Source of the DNA: Patescibacteria group bacterium
Lineage (GTDB): Bacteria > Patescibacteriota > Minisyncoccia > Phycocordibacterales > DATDWN01
Assembly: GCA_040384485.1 (NCBI GenBank)
Contig: JAZKJH010000005.1
Location: 3,375 to 67,374 of the forward strand
Reading direction: 5' to 3'
Length of the DNA stretch: 64,000 bases
Shown: positions 49,130-59,214 of the stretch, in pieces
Numbering within the stretch: position 1 is the first letter of the stretch
Layout of the letters: every line of letters starts with the position of its first letter
The notes under the pieces: generated by a model
Databases searched by the model: none
What the model was told of the DNA's origin: nothing
What the model saw: the letters and a program-made list of their open reading frames with translations, nothing else
Translations under genes and position numbers: made by a program

Positions 49130-49588
49130 TTAGTTACATCTATAAGTAGATCCGTTCACTGCTGCAGTAGGAGTTCCGGCATATTGTTTTGAAACACCTT
49201 GGCCGTCTACACACCACGAACTACTAGAACCTTTATATGACACTGCTGCTGCGTAGTCTTGCCCGGATGCAGCACATCTAGTTGTGTTCCCTCCCACAGA
49301 AGCTGCCTTTGCAATGGCTCGTACAACAATAGAATCATTAAAAACACTTCCCGCAGTAGCTGTGGCTGGACAACTCGCTGCTACAAAAGTGCCGTAGGTG
49401 TTATTGTTGTTCAAATAATATAATTCTGCTTGCTTTTTTGCACCTTCCAGGTTTGTTTTAACCCCAACATCACTGCCTCTATTTCTAGCATCTCCTAAAA
49501 ACGACATCCCGACCGAAGTAATTATTCCGATTATTGCCACCACCACCAACAACTCAATCAATGTAAAACCTTTATTTATATTTTTCAT
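49130..49588 (-). CDS. Type IV pilin
   Basis: KG/FTLIELLVVVAIIG; C-terminal WCVD..G. Confidence 0.88.
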   Translation of the reverse strand: MKNINKGFTLIELLVVVAIIGIITSVGMSFLGDARNRGSDVGVKTNLEGAKKQAELYYLNNNNTYGTFVAASCPATATAGSVFNDSIVVRAIAKAASVGGNTTRCAASGQDYAAAVSYKGSSSSWCVDGQGVSKQYAGTPTAAVNGSTYRCN

Positions 49589-49600
49589 TTTTATTTGCTT

Positions 49601-50803
49601 TTATGTTGCTGATGCAATGTTGTAGATAGGCATAAGAACAGCAGCAAGAAGTATTCCCACACCAAGACCAAGGGCAACTATCATCACCGGCTCAATAAGA
49701 CTAACCATAGTATCCACAGCATTATTTACCTCTCGTTGATAAAATTTAGCTAAAGATTTCAAAATATTCCCAAGCTCTCCTGTCTCTTCACCTACTTTTA
49801 CCATTTGAGTCATGATACTTGGAATTTCTTTGTGTTGTCCAAAAGCATTAGAGAGTGAAGTTCCTTCTTTTACCTTAATAAGAGTATCGTCCAAAATAGC
49901 CTTATAGGTTCTGTTATCTACAACAGATGAAGTTATTTCAAGAGCTCGCAAAATAGGAATACCACTGATAATCATAGTATCCAAGTTGTCTGCAATACGA
50001 GAAAGATATAGCTTTCTATACAAACTACCTAAATAAGGAAGATTGAGTCGCATCGTATCAAGAGTTATGGAACCTTCGGTTGTTTTGGAATATCTCCAAA
50101 CTCCAAAACCCGCTATTATAACCGCGATAGCCAAGAAAACTCCATAGTTTACAAAAATATTACTAAGTCCCAAAACTACTTCCGTATAAAAAGGAACTTC
50201 CTGCCCAGAGTCGGTAATCATCAAAGCAATCTTAGGAATAATAACCGTAAGCATCAGGACCATCACACCTACGAATGTCATAATAACGAATGCTGGATAA
50301 ATCAAAGCATTCTTGGCTTTTGTAGTTACTTCATACGTTCTGTCTAAATAGTCAGCCAAATAACTAAATATCTCATCTAGTTTTCCTGATTCTTCTCCAG
50401 ACTTCACCATGTTCACATAAAAACTAGAAAAAATATCTGGGTACTTGGCAAGTGCAGTAGAAATAGATGTTCCACCTTGCAGGTCATCTGCCATATCCAT
50501 TAAACATTTCTGCAACACTGGATTCTCTACTTGATCAGAGAGAAGTCGAAAGACACGAAGTGCCGAAACTTGTGCCTGAAACAAGGTTGCTATCTGTCTC
50601 GACAAAATAACTATATCTTTGTTGGATACCCTGCTAAAAATAGAAAAAGAAAAATTGAATTTTTTATCAACATCTTCATGAATCTCAGAAATAATCAAAC
50701 CTTTTTTTTGCAACTGACTGATTGCAATATCCACATTTACAGCTTCTATAACGCCTTTTGTTTCCTGACCAGTATTTGTTAGACCTTTGTATTTAAAAAT
50801 CAT
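49601..50803 (-). CDS. pilC: Pilus platform protein (T2SS F family)
   Basis: GEESGKL, ALIYP, VGEETG.L, IEP. Confidence 0.93.
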   Translation of the reverse strand: MIFKYKGLTNTGQETKGVIEAVNVDIAISQLQKKGLIISEIHEDVDKKFNFSFSIFSRVSNKDIVILSRQIATLFQAQVSALRVFRLLSDQVENPVLQKCLMDMADDLQGGTSISTALAKYPDIFSSFYVNMVKSGEESGKLDEIFSYLADYLDRTYEVTTKAKNALIYPAFVIMTFVGVMVLMLTVIIPKIALMITDSGQEVPFYTEVVLGLSNIFVNYGVFLAIAVIIAGFGVWRYSKTTEGSITLDTMRLNLPYLGSLYRKLYLSRIADNLDTMIISGIPILRALEITSSVVDNRTYKAILDDTLIKVKEGTSLSNAFGQHKEIPSIMTQMVKVGEETGELGNILKSLAKFYQREVNNAVDTMVSLIEPVMIVALGLGVGILLAAVLMPIYNIASAT

Positions 50804-50813
50804 GGAATTAAAA

Positions 50814-51881
50814 TTATAACATTCGCTCTAACCCTTTTGAGTTCTGGGAATGTAAATATGCGTTTTCAATAGTAATCTCGCCGGCTCGAACTAATTCACT
50901 CAAATATCTGTTCAAGTCTATCATGCCATCTGCAGACCCAGTTTCTATTACAGAGTTTATCTCATGAGTTCTGTTTTCACGTATCAGGTTTGAAACTGCA
51001 TTATTGTTTATTAATAGTTCAACAGCAGGAATAAGTCCACCTGATACTCTAGGAATAAGTCTTTGAGAAAAAATTCCTATCAAGCTTGATGCTAGTTGGA
51101 TTCTGATTTGATCCTGTTGATGCGGACCAAAAGAGTCGATAATTCTTTCTATAGTCTGAGCAGCGGTGTTAGTGTGAAGTGTAGAAAAAACTAAGTGTCC
51201 CGTTTCTGCCGCTGTAACTGCAGCAGAAATATCTTCCGGTGTTCGCATCTCACCAACCATCAAGACATCGATATCCTGTCTAAACATGCCTCGTAGAGCG
51301 GAAGCAAAACTGGGTGCATCCTGACCTATTTCTCTCTGATCGATTATGGATTTTTTTGATTCAAATACAAACTCGATAGGGTCTTCTAGGGTAATGATGT
51401 GCTCAAGCCTCTCACTGTTAATTATTTCAATCATTGAGGCCAATGTTGTGCTCTTTCCTTGACCTGTTGGTCCCACCACCAAAAAGAATCCTTGCTGTTT
51501 CTTTGTAAAACTTTCCAAAATAGGTGGAAGTTTTAATTCATCAAATGTTTTTATTTGTTTTGGTATAAGTCGGAGTGCGATACTAATTTTGCCAAGTTGA
51601 AAATATGCATTGCCCCGGAAACGAGTACCCTTTTCATCGTAATATGCAAAGTCTACCTCTTTCTGACTTAGAAATTCTTCTTTTTTGGCTTCATCTATTA
51701 TCTCGTCTAGGATTCCCTTTAAATCTTGCTTGGTAAGTACTGGGTGACTTTCTATGGGTAACAAAAAACCAGCAGAACGTATGATGGGTTTTCTTTCCTC
51801 AGCTAAATGGAGGTCGGAGGCATCCCCTTGTATAACTAGAGCTATCAGTGTGTTAAAAAGTTTTTTATGTTCAACTGACAT
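50814..51881 (-). CDS. pilT: Retraction ATPase
   Basis: ASDLHL, GPTGQGKSTT, EDPIE, GEMR, AAETGHLV.STLHT. Confidence 0.93.
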   Translation of the reverse strand: MSVEHKKLFNTLIALVIQGDASDLHLAEERKPIIRSAGFLLPIESHPVLTKQDLKGILDEIIDEAKKEEFLSQKEVDFAYYDEKGTRFRGNAYFQLGKISIALRLIPKQIKTFDELKLPPILESFTKKQQGFFLVVGPTGQGKSTTLASMIEIINSERLEHIITLEDPIEFVFESKKSIIDQREIGQDAPSFASALRGMFRQDIDVLMVGEMRTPEDISAAVTAAETGHLVFSTLHTNTAAQTIERIIDSFGPHQQDQIRIQLASSLIGIFSQRLIPRVSGGLIPAVELLINNNAVSNLIRENRTHEINSVIETGSADGMIDLNRYLSELVRAGEITIENAYLHSQNSKGLERML

Positions 51882-52282
51882 TATTTTTTCTTCTTAGTGT
51901 TATATATAGATGTAACCTGCTCAACAACTTCTGATGGTATAGTAGTTGCTTTTATAATATATCCGTCCACAACCAAGGCCTTTGCCTTTTCAAAATCATC
52001 AGCTTGATTAGTAAGCATAATAATCACAGCATTCGGTACAAGTTTTTCGTCTCTGATGTGCTTCAAAACTTCTAGTCCATCCATGGTCGGCATAATAATA
52101 TCCAGAAGGATAACATCGAATTCACCACCTGTTCTAAGTTTTTCTAATGCTGCTGTACTTGTAGGAAAGGCTTCAACTATAAAGTTGGACTTTTTGAATT
52201 TCAAAGAATACATGTCCAAAAGAAACTTGTCGTCGTCGACTAGCATGATTCTTATTGGTTGGTTTGTGTTTTCTTCAGCCAT
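51881..52282 (-). CDS. Single-domain response regulator
   Basis: LVDDD, LLDIIMP.MDG, LTN, YIIK. Confidence 0.9.
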   Translation of the reverse strand: MAEENTNQPIRIMLVDDDKFLLDMYSLKFKKSNFIVEAFPTSTAALEKLRTGGEFDVILLDIIMPTMDGLEVLKHIRDEKLVPNAVIIMLTNQADDFEKAKALVVDGYIIKATTIPSEVVEQVTSIYNTKKKK

Positions 52283-52309
52283 AATAATTAATTAAGATTA
52301 TAAGGAAAA

Positions 52310-54025
52310 TTATAACATATTAACTTCCTGGAACGGAATTAACTTATGCATTGATTTTATGATCGCATCCTCTTTCATAGTAAGCATGCCTTTGGCTCTA
52401 GCTATTTTAACAATCTCAATCTCAGTTGGACTCTTCAGGATAACTTCTTCTAAGTCTTTGTCCATCTCCAAAACTTCAATAACCGCCATTCTACCCCTAG
52501 TTCCACTTGGACATTCGGCAGTAGGAACTGATTTATACACAGTATCTCTGAAATCTATCTCATCTAGATACTTTTGAGGTAAGTTTTCAAACTGCTTATC
52601 TATCATCATTTTTATAGCCCCCTCTACAGGTACTGCCTCACCAGCATCAGGACAAAGCCCAGTTGTGAGTCTTTGGGCCATAGCCAAGACTAATGTTGGA
52701 GCAATAAGATAAGGATCCACACCCATGTCTACCAATCTAGGAATAACTCCGGTTGCAGAGTTGGTGTGAATAGTTGATAAAACCAAGTGACCGGTCAAAG
52801 CTGCCTGAATAGCAAGTTGGGCTGTTTCTTTGTCTCGAATCTCCCCCACCATGATAATATCAGGGTCCTGTCTCAAAGTTGTTCGAAGTCCCGTAGCAAA
52901 CGTATAGCCTATCTCTGCATGAACTTGAGACTGAGACATGCCTTCGATGTTGTACTCGATAGGATCTTCCAAAGAAAGCACATTATGATGTTCTCTGTCT
53001 ACTTCATTAAGCATCGAATACAAGGTCGTTGTTTTACCTGAACCTGTTGGTCCTGATATAAGGATAAGTCCATATGGTTTTGTGATTGCTTTACGCACGA
53101 GCTCTAGATTTCTTTTGCTCATTCCTAAGTCGTCAAGTTTTTTAACACCTTTTTCTTGGTCCAAAAGACGCATAACAACCTTTTCACCAAAAAAAGTTGG
53201 AAATGTAGATACACGAAAATCTATTTTTCGTCCTTCGACTTTAGTAGTAAATCTTCCGTCTTGAGGTTTTCTTTTTTCATCCAACCTCATGCTGTTTGTC
53301 AAAATTTTTATTCTTGCAACTAAAGATGAATGCACTTTTGAGGGAAGGACCAGGCTTGTGTTCATGAGTCCATCAACTCGAAAACGAACCTTAACATTTT
53401 CTCGCCACGGTTCAATGTGGATGTCAGAAGCATTGCCGTCCGTTGCGTAACGTAAAATAGTAGCGACGATTCTAGTAACCGGTGCGTCCTCTGTCAGTGC
53501 CTTATTTATAGAGCTAGCATCTAGTTTCTCTTCTACAACTGCTTCCTTTTCAGCCCTAAGTTCCATCTCCAGCTCTGAAAGAGACTTGGAAACCTCGCCA
53601 GACAAACCTTTGTAAAGTGAAAATATTTTATTAAAATCATCTTCAGTTATCAGAAAAATTTTAAAGGGCATTCCCACTTTGTTTGAGATAAAGTTTAAAG
53701 CGTCTCTTGCCTCAATATCGTCAGGATCAACCATTCCAACTTCTAAAACTCCATCCTTAACACCTGTTGGAATAAAACGGTAGTGTGATGCGGATTCTTC
53801 TGGTATGTACTCTAGTATCTTCGGAGAAACTTCTTCTTCGCTGATATTTTTTACCGGGATATCAAAATACTCACCTTTTGCAATCAAAATATCATGAGGC
53901 TTAACACCTCTTTTTATTAATACTTCTTCTATTGTTAGTCCAGAAGAAGCCACCTCTTCATTTATAGCTGGAAGGTTCTTTGCATCCAATATGCCTTTTT
54001 GAACCAATATTTGTGTTATATCCAT
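52310..54025 (-). CDS. pilB: Extension ATPase (GspE/PilB)
   Basis: ASDIHIEP, PQDGR, GPTGSGKTTT, LRQDPD...GEIRD. Confidence 0.93.
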   Translation of the reverse strand: MDITQILVQKGILDAKNLPAINEEVASSGLTIEEVLIKRGVKPHDILIAKGEYFDIPVKNISEEEVSPKILEYIPEESASHYRFIPTGVKDGVLEVGMVDPDDIEARDALNFISNKVGMPFKIFLITEDDFNKIFSLYKGLSGEVSKSLSELEMELRAEKEAVVEEKLDASSINKALTEDAPVTRIVATILRYATDGNASDIHIEPWRENVKVRFRVDGLMNTSLVLPSKVHSSLVARIKILTNSMRLDEKRKPQDGRFTTKVEGRKIDFRVSTFPTFFGEKVVMRLLDQEKGVKKLDDLGMSKRNLELVRKAITKPYGLILISGPTGSGKTTTLYSMLNEVDREHHNVLSLEDPIEYNIEGMSQSQVHAEIGYTFATGLRTTLRQDPDIIMVGEIRDKETAQLAIQAALTGHLVLSTIHTNSATGVIPRLVDMGVDPYLIAPTLVLAMAQRLTTGLCPDAGEAVPVEGAIKMMIDKQFENLPQKYLDEIDFRDTVYKSVPTAECPSGTRGRMAVIEVLEMDKDLEEVILKSPTEIEIVKIARAKGMLTMKEDAIIKSMHKLIPFQEVNML

Positions 54026-54031
54026 AAAAAA

Positions 54032-54382
54032 CTATCGGTTAGTTGTTGTAGCCTGTGTGCCTCCTCCAGTTGTCGTAAAATTATCAAACCCTATAGGAGC
54101 AAAAGGATTTGGTCTACCCTGAGCCTCTGCAGTCAAAGGTGTTGAAAAATCTATAAGGCTAACAAAAACGCTAGACTCAAAAAGTGATTTATCTATTGAA
54201 ACTGCATCGAAACGCTCAACAAGGGCAAGAATCTCTGAGCCGTTTATACTGTTTTCTGTTTGTTCTGTAGAAGCCGTATCGAGTTCTTCACTTCCACTAC
54301 TTATGGTACTGTAACCAACAAACCCAAGCAAAAAAACCAGGGCAAGTACAATAAAACCTTTTTGTGTAGCTGTTAGAATCAT
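54032..54382 (-). CDS. Pilus-associated membrane protein (PilP position)
   Basis: N-terminal TM, GRPNPF motif, synteny. Confidence 0.55.
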   Translation of the reverse strand: MILTATQKGFIVLALVFLLGFVGYSTISSGSEELDTASTEQTENSINGSEILALVERFDAVSIDKSLFESSVFVSLIDFSTPLTAEAQGRPNPFAPIGFDNFTTTGGGTQATTTNR

Positions 54383-54383
54383 A

Positions 54384-54947
54384 TTATCTTAAGGAATAAG
54401 TTTTAACTTCTAATGAATACTCGTATGTATTTCCCACCGAACCTCCACCCTGACCTCCCACTGAACGCAGTTGTAAACCAACAATGTCTATTAGACGTAA
54501 GCTAACTTCTGCATCACGAAGAAAACTTTCAAACTGTGAATACTGTCCGGTCATACTAAAAGACACCGTGAAAGTTCTGTAAGGCTGTATTTCAATTTGA
54601 TTTATTATGGCTTCTCGAACGTCTATTTGTGCTTCTCCTACTCTAAAATCTCTGACCAACATGCCGTATTTTGAAGCCATAAAACTAAGTTCATTTGCAA
54701 ATAAAACAGGGTTGAAGTTATCCGGGATCATTTTGTTTAACCTATCCACATTCTCGTTGGAGATTGTTCGGAACTCACCATTAACCTCGTCCCTTTTATT
54801 TTTTAGTTCTATAGAACTTACCAAAACTGTATCGTACTGACTTTTTTTAGACATCAAAACCTTAAGTTCATCTCCTGTAGGTTTTATATAGAACATGTAT
54901 ATCGCCCCGCAGATACATATTATAGCTATTTGAATAATGGATTTCAT
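54384..54947 (-). CDS. pilO: PilO-like protein
   Basis: TM, L..MIP, G.Y..F..FL...E...RL; synteny. Confidence 0.75.
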   Translation of the reverse strand: MKSIIQIAIICICGAIYMFYIKPTGDELKVLMSKKSQYDTVLVSSIELKNKRDEVNGEFRTISNENVDRLNKMIPDNFNPVLFANELSFMASKYGMLVRDFRVGEAQIDVREAIINQIEIQPYRTFTVSFSMTGQYSQFESFLRDAEVSLRLIDIVGLQLRSVGGQGGGSVGNTYEYSLEVKTYSLR

Positions 54948-54951
54948 AGTA

Positions 54952-55560
54952 TTAGTTTGTAGGCAAAGCACCTATAGCTTTTTTATAAGACACCAATGTT
55001 GGGTCAAGTTTTGTTTCAAAGTTTACGCTCACAAATCCGTTGTCACCCAAACTCATTCCTGAAAATTTTGGATCTTTCATATACTCATTTGAGAAGAATA
55101 TTTCCTGTTGTTGTGCCAGAGCATTGTAACTTTGGACTTCTCCTCTCATCTTTATCTCAGGTAGACCTACACCAGGGTTTTTGTATGAAAATCCGTCAAA
55201 ACGCATCCTTCTTAAGGTTAATTCTTCTAAAAGATTTAAAACTTCAGAAACGACCACGTGATTATCTAGAAGGGTCTTAGAAGCTTCAATCTTTGTACTT
55301 GCATCAATCAAATCTTGGATGATTTCTGGTTCATAAGCCAAACGAGCCTCAGCAATACTTGCGTCTGCTTTTTTTATTTGTTCATTGAGTATGTTTTTGT
55401 ACACAAACATCGCCAATGAAACCAGCACAGTCATTACAAAAACCACACTCGCTACTATTGAAAAAAGATTGGTTCTTCGAACTATAGATATGCCTACTGC
55501 TCCGTCTGGGGACGATATAGGTTTTTTGGGAATGAACGATGTTTGAAATTTAGGTTCCAT
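54952..55560 (-). CDS. pilN: PilN-like protein
   Basis: TSFIPK, TM, coiled coil; lies between pilM and pilO. Confidence 0.7.
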   Translation of the reverse strand: MEPKFQTSFIPKKPISSPDGAVGISIVRRTNLFSIVASVVFVMTVLVSLAMFVYKNILNEQIKKADASIAEARLAYEPEIIQDLIDASTKIEASKTLLDNHVVVSEVLNLLEELTLRRMRFDGFSYKNPGVGLPEIKMRGEVQSYNALAQQQEIFFSNEYMKDPKFSGMSLGDNGFVSVNFETKLDPTLVSYKKAIGALPTN

Positions 55561-55645
55561 GTTTAAATAGAAATATCCACATCATAATTATAGTACATAC
55601 AAAAATAAAAAACTATGTAGATAACAAAAAATATGTGCAAAAGTT

Positions 55646-56767
55646 TTAATCCGACTCTTGCAGTTTTCGTAATGCAACACCCATAGCCACCGCAAACTCA
55701 GGCCCCGTCTCTTTTAAAACCTTCTCTAGGAAAGCTGGGGCTAAAACTTTTTCAAAAGGATTTCCTGCTACAACTTCCGTCTGGAAGTTCTCCTTTGCAA
55801 CATCAGCCACACCTTTTAAAGCACTCCCTCCTCCTACTAAGACCACCTTACTTACATTTTTGTTGTATTTCTTTTGATATGCGAGCACTACCTTGTTAGC
55901 TTCCCCAAAAATATACCCGAGTGAAAGCGTAATCACATCTTTAATCATAATTCCATTTACCTCGCCCAAAAGACCTTTTTCTCTTTTCAAAAATTCAGCA
56001 TCAGCTAGGGACATCCCTAAGGACTTGGAGAGCTCGTTGGTTATATTTTGAGAGCCTCTGTTAATCATGTGAGATGAACGCAAAATACCACGCTCAACTA
56101 TGTAGAGTTTTGTACTTGTGGCACCCATGTCTACTAGTAGCACTGGGTTTAACTCCTGGTCCAAAATAGAACGCATTGTACTGAATATCTCTATCTCGAA
56201 AAAGCCAGCATCCAAACTACTCTTAGTAACAATTTCTTTGTATTTGTTTATGGTGTCGTTGTGTAAGGCCACAATCAAAACTTCCATTTTATCTCGAGCG
56301 CTTTTTTCGGCATCTGTAAGTTTTGGTCCTCCTTCTGGAACAAGACTATTGTCCTTTGGAATAATATACCAGTCTAGAGTTACTTCTGATATTGGCACGG
56401 GGATATATTTTCTTGCTTCGATCGGTATCATTCCTGCAAGTTGCTTAGGTGGAACATTTGGAAACTCCAAAACTGCCATAAGACTGGATGCAAACGGTAT
56501 TGCGATGCCACAACTACGTGTAGTTATGTTTACCTCTTTTTCCTTAAGCAAATCCCCCACAGCTTCTATTATTTTTTCTAAAGGTAGGTTTGTAGCTTCT
56601 CCAATACCCTTTCCAGAGTAAGGTCCGAGAGCGAGTTCTCCGTACGTATCCAAAACCGCGTGGCCGTTTTTACGGCTTAGTTGAACTATCTTTATAGAAG
56701 AAGATCCTATATCAACTCCCAGTACACTTCCTCCTTTGGATTTGAATAAGTCGTTAAAGTTGAACAT
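55646..56767 (-). CDS. pilM: Pilus assembly protein PilM
   Basis: GVDIGSSSIK, EARKYIP, VDMGA, LVGGGS, A.GVALR. Confidence 0.92.
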   Translation of the reverse strand: MFNFNDLFKSKGGSVLGVDIGSSSIKIVQLSRKNGHAVLDTYGELALGPYSGKGIGEATNLPLEKIIEAVGDLLKEKEVNITTRSCGIAIPFASSLMAVLEFPNVPPKQLAGMIPIEARKYIPVPISEVTLDWYIIPKDNSLVPEGGPKLTDAEKSARDKMEVLIVALHNDTINKYKEIVTKSSLDAGFFEIEIFSTMRSILDQELNPVLLVDMGATSTKLYIVERGILRSSHMINRGSQNITNELSKSLGMSLADAEFLKREKGLLGEVNGIMIKDVITLSLGYIFGEANKVVLAYQKKYNKNVSKVVLVGGGSALKGVADVAKENFQTEVVAGNPFEKVLAPAFLEKVLKETGPEFAVAMGVALRKLQESD

Positions 56768-56814
56768 ATAATATATGCATAGTATATCATAGAGAAAAGT
56801 TATATAATTTATCT

Positions 56815-57471
56815 ATGTTGAAAAGTATAAAAATACTTTTTTTGGAGGCTCTTAATCTGCTTTTACCTGAAAGAAAAAACTTTTCTATAGTTAATAGACT
56901 CTCTTCCGAGGACGTTCGGGGTCTTCCAAAAGCGACCCCTGTCGAAGATTGTGATTTTGTCACTCCACTTTTTAACTACAAAGACCGTCGAGTTAGTGCA
57001 ATTATCTGGGAATTGAAATACAAGAACAACGCCAAGCCGCTTGATGAGATAGGGAGATTAATTTACGAAGAGATGCTTTCTTTGTCATCGGATGTCGTAG
57101 CATTTAACAATGATGCAGAATTTTTACTAATACCAGTGCCAATAACAACCGAACGTAGAATTGAAAGAGGCTACAACCAAAGTGAGTACCTTGCCAAAGC
57201 CATACTTGAAAATGATGTTGAACATTGTTTTGTATACGCGCCCCAATTTTTAACAAAAATAAAAGATACCCCGAGACAAAGCCACAGTATTTCAAAATCT
57301 GAAAGAATTCTAAACATTAAAAACTCGTTTTTTGCTGATGAACGGGTGCAGGGCAAATATGTTGTCCTGGTAGATGACGTAGTGACTACGGGCAGCACGC
57401 TTACAGAAGCCAGAAACACCCTACTTCTGGCTGGAGCAAAAGATGTATTTGCATTTACTATCGCTCACTAG
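56815..57471 (+). CDS. comF: ComF-family phosphoribosyltransferase-like competence protein
   Basis: PVP....R..ERGYNQSE, LVDDVVTTGST. Confidence 0.9.
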   Translation: MLKSIKILFLEALNLLLPERKNFSIVNRLSSEDVRGLPKATPVEDCDFVTPLFNYKDRRVSAIIWELKYKNNAKPLDEIGRLIYEEMLSLSSDVVAFNNDAEFLLIPVPITTERRIERGYNQSEYLAKAILENDVEHCFVYAPQFLTKIKDTPRQSHSISKSERILNIKNSFFADERVQGKYVVLVDDVVTTGSTLTEARNTLLLAGAKDVFAFTIAH

Positions 57472-57489
57472 ATTAGTACAATAAACTAC

Positions 57490-57837
57490 ATGTCAAAATA
57501 CAAAATCCTTGCTAACAGCGTGATGGTGGTGCACATGTCATGGGTAGTTCTTATGATATTGAGCATACCGATTGCAATTTTTTATCCGGAAAGTGGTATG
57601 TATCTGTTGGCCTTACCAGTAACAATGATAATTCTTTGGGGAGTATATGGTGGCTGTTTTGTAACTGACCTAGAAAGATATCTCAGAAAAAAATATGATC
57701 CAAACATTTCGTATTCTGATCCATTTATAAAACATTATCTAAAAAAATTCTTTAACTTAGATGTTTCTGCCAAAAAGATAAACTTAATTAGTTATACCTT
57801 GGCGATTGTTCTTGCGATTGTCGTTTTTACAAACTAA
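57490..57837 (+). CDS. Small membrane protein (DUF2784-like)
   Basis: LA..V...H, C.VT.LE..LR, FI.HYL. Confidence 0.6.
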   Translation: MSKYKILANSVMVVHMSWVVLMILSIPIAIFYPESGMYLLALPVTMIILWGVYGGCFVTDLERYLRKKYDPNISYSDPFIKHYLKKFFNLDVSAKKINLISYTLAIVLAIVVFTN

Positions 57838-58382
57838 AAAGTGTGGAGTGGGTTTTTCTCCAGCAACTCTTGTACTTCTTCAAATCCTGTGAAGAAGGCG
57901 TAGTTGTATCGTGCGGGCAAAGCAAAAACGTATCTGTTGTTTCTTCCAATTTCCGTTGGGCCGATAGGGGCCGCACCGATATGAAACTTGTCTTCGTTTA
58001 GATTCTTCCACTGAGTTAAAGTAAGAACCATTATTGGTATGTCTTGTCTCGGGCTTTTGTACTCCCAGTCTGGGTGGCGAAGTGTAATAAGGGCTCCTGT
58101 TTCAGAAGGAACTTGGCTTCCTGAAGATGCGATACTGTAGCCTTCCCACTCATCTTCTATTACAGAATACCCTACCCATGTATCAGGTAGATAAAAGCTA
58201 AAACCGTAATTAGGGTTTTTGTATTCTGTTTCAGATACAAATTTTTCTTCATCTATAACTTCTTCATTACTCACTTCCTGTACTACTTCCACTGGTTTTT
58301 CTTGGTTCAAAAAACCAAAAAGAAAGTACGCAAGTCCCCCAAAGACTATTAAAATTAAAATTTTGGGTATGTAGCTTTTCAT
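57834..58382 (-). CDS. Membrane-anchored hypothetical protein
   Basis: TM then Y.N..YGFS..LP..W. Start set at ATG 58382, 6 nt after TATAAT. Confidence 0.6.
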   Translation of the reverse strand: MKSYIPKILILIVFGGLAYFLFGFLNQEKPVEVVQEVSNEEVIDEEKFVSETEYKNPNYGFSFYLPDTWVGYSVIEDEWEGYSIASSGSQVPSETGALITLRHPDWEYKSPRQDIPIMVLTLTQWKNLNEDKFHIGAAPIGPTEIGRNNRYVFALPARYNYAFFTGFEEVQELLEKNPLHTF

Positions 58383-58427
58383 ACCCTTATTATACACCTT
58401 TTGGGATTAAGTAAATAAAACCAACTT

Positions 58428-58934
58428 CTATAATTTATTCATTAAAATTTTAAACCATTCAGTGTAGTTGTTGGGATTCTGTTGTATATCTTCACTAATG
58501 CTGTTCTCAGTCATCCATTTCCAATCACTTGCTTCATCCGGATTCAAAATTGGCTCTTTATCATATTCACCCACAAACACATGCAGAAATTCGTGTTCAG
58601 TAAGACCTTTGTCTAAAACTACTTTGTATATAAATTGTGTAATCTCTTTAAGTTCGCAATCAAAACCCATCTCTTCACCTAGTCTTCGGTTTGCTGCATG
58701 CAAAGTTTCTTCACCATCTCTCGGGTGACCGCAGCAAGTGTTGGTCCACAGCCCCCCACTATGATACTTTCCATCTGCTCTTTTTTGGAGCATTATTTCT
58801 CCATTCTTATTTTTTACAATAATAGAAAAAGCCCGATGTAAAAGACCCTTTTCGTGAGTCTCAAGTTTGCCCATTACCCCTATTTGGTTATCACGTTCAT
58901 CCACTAATATTAGTTGATCTTCGGCAATAGTCAT
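58428..58934 (-). CDS. idi: Isopentenyl-diphosphate isomerase type 1
   Basis: H..GLLHRAFS, WTNTCCGHP, RRL.EEMG, EHE, TEWF. Confidence 0.93.
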   Translation of the reverse strand: MTIAEDQLILVDERDNQIGVMGKLETHEKGLLHRAFSIIVKNKNGEIMLQKRADGKYHSGGLWTNTCCGHPRDGEETLHAANRRLGEEMGFDCELKEITQFIYKVVLDKGLTEHEFLHVFVGEYDKEPILNPDEASDWKWMTENSISEDIQQNPNNYTEWFKILMNKL

Positions 58935-58940
58935 AAAATG

Positions 58941-59027
58941 CGGACAGAGTGGGATTCGAACCCACGGTACCGATTAGAGTACGGCGGTTTAGTAAACCGC
59001 TGATTTAAGCCACTCATCCATCTGTCC
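58941..59027 (-). tRNA. tRNA-Ser(ACT), rare A34 anticodon
   Basis: Acceptor GGACAGA/TCTGTCC, G73, long variable arm, anticodon arm GCGGT-TTACTAA-ACCGC, T arm GTGGG-TTCGAAT-CCCAC. Confidence 0.88.
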
Positions 59028-59106
59028 AGTTGTGTCAGTATAAACGAAATATAAGCAAAAATACAGCCTTACTAATCCACGGAAAATGTGATAATCTAAG
59101 AAAATT

Positions 59107-59196
59107 GGAGATGTGTCAGAGTGGTCTATCGTGCCTCTTTGCTAAAGAGGTGTACCCTTTAATAAGGTACCGACGGTTCGAATCCGTCCATCTCCG
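59107..59196 (+). tRNA. tRNA-Ser(GCT)
   Basis: Acceptor GGAGATG/CATCTCC, anticodon arm CCTCT-TTGCTAA-AGAGG, long variable arm. Confidence 0.93.
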
Positions 59197-59214
59197 CTTT
59201 TAATAAAGTCTAGG

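Noticed and set aside
45300-57471. Type IV pilus/competence locus without secretin as a novel system
   Set aside because: This organisation is typical of Patescibacteria.
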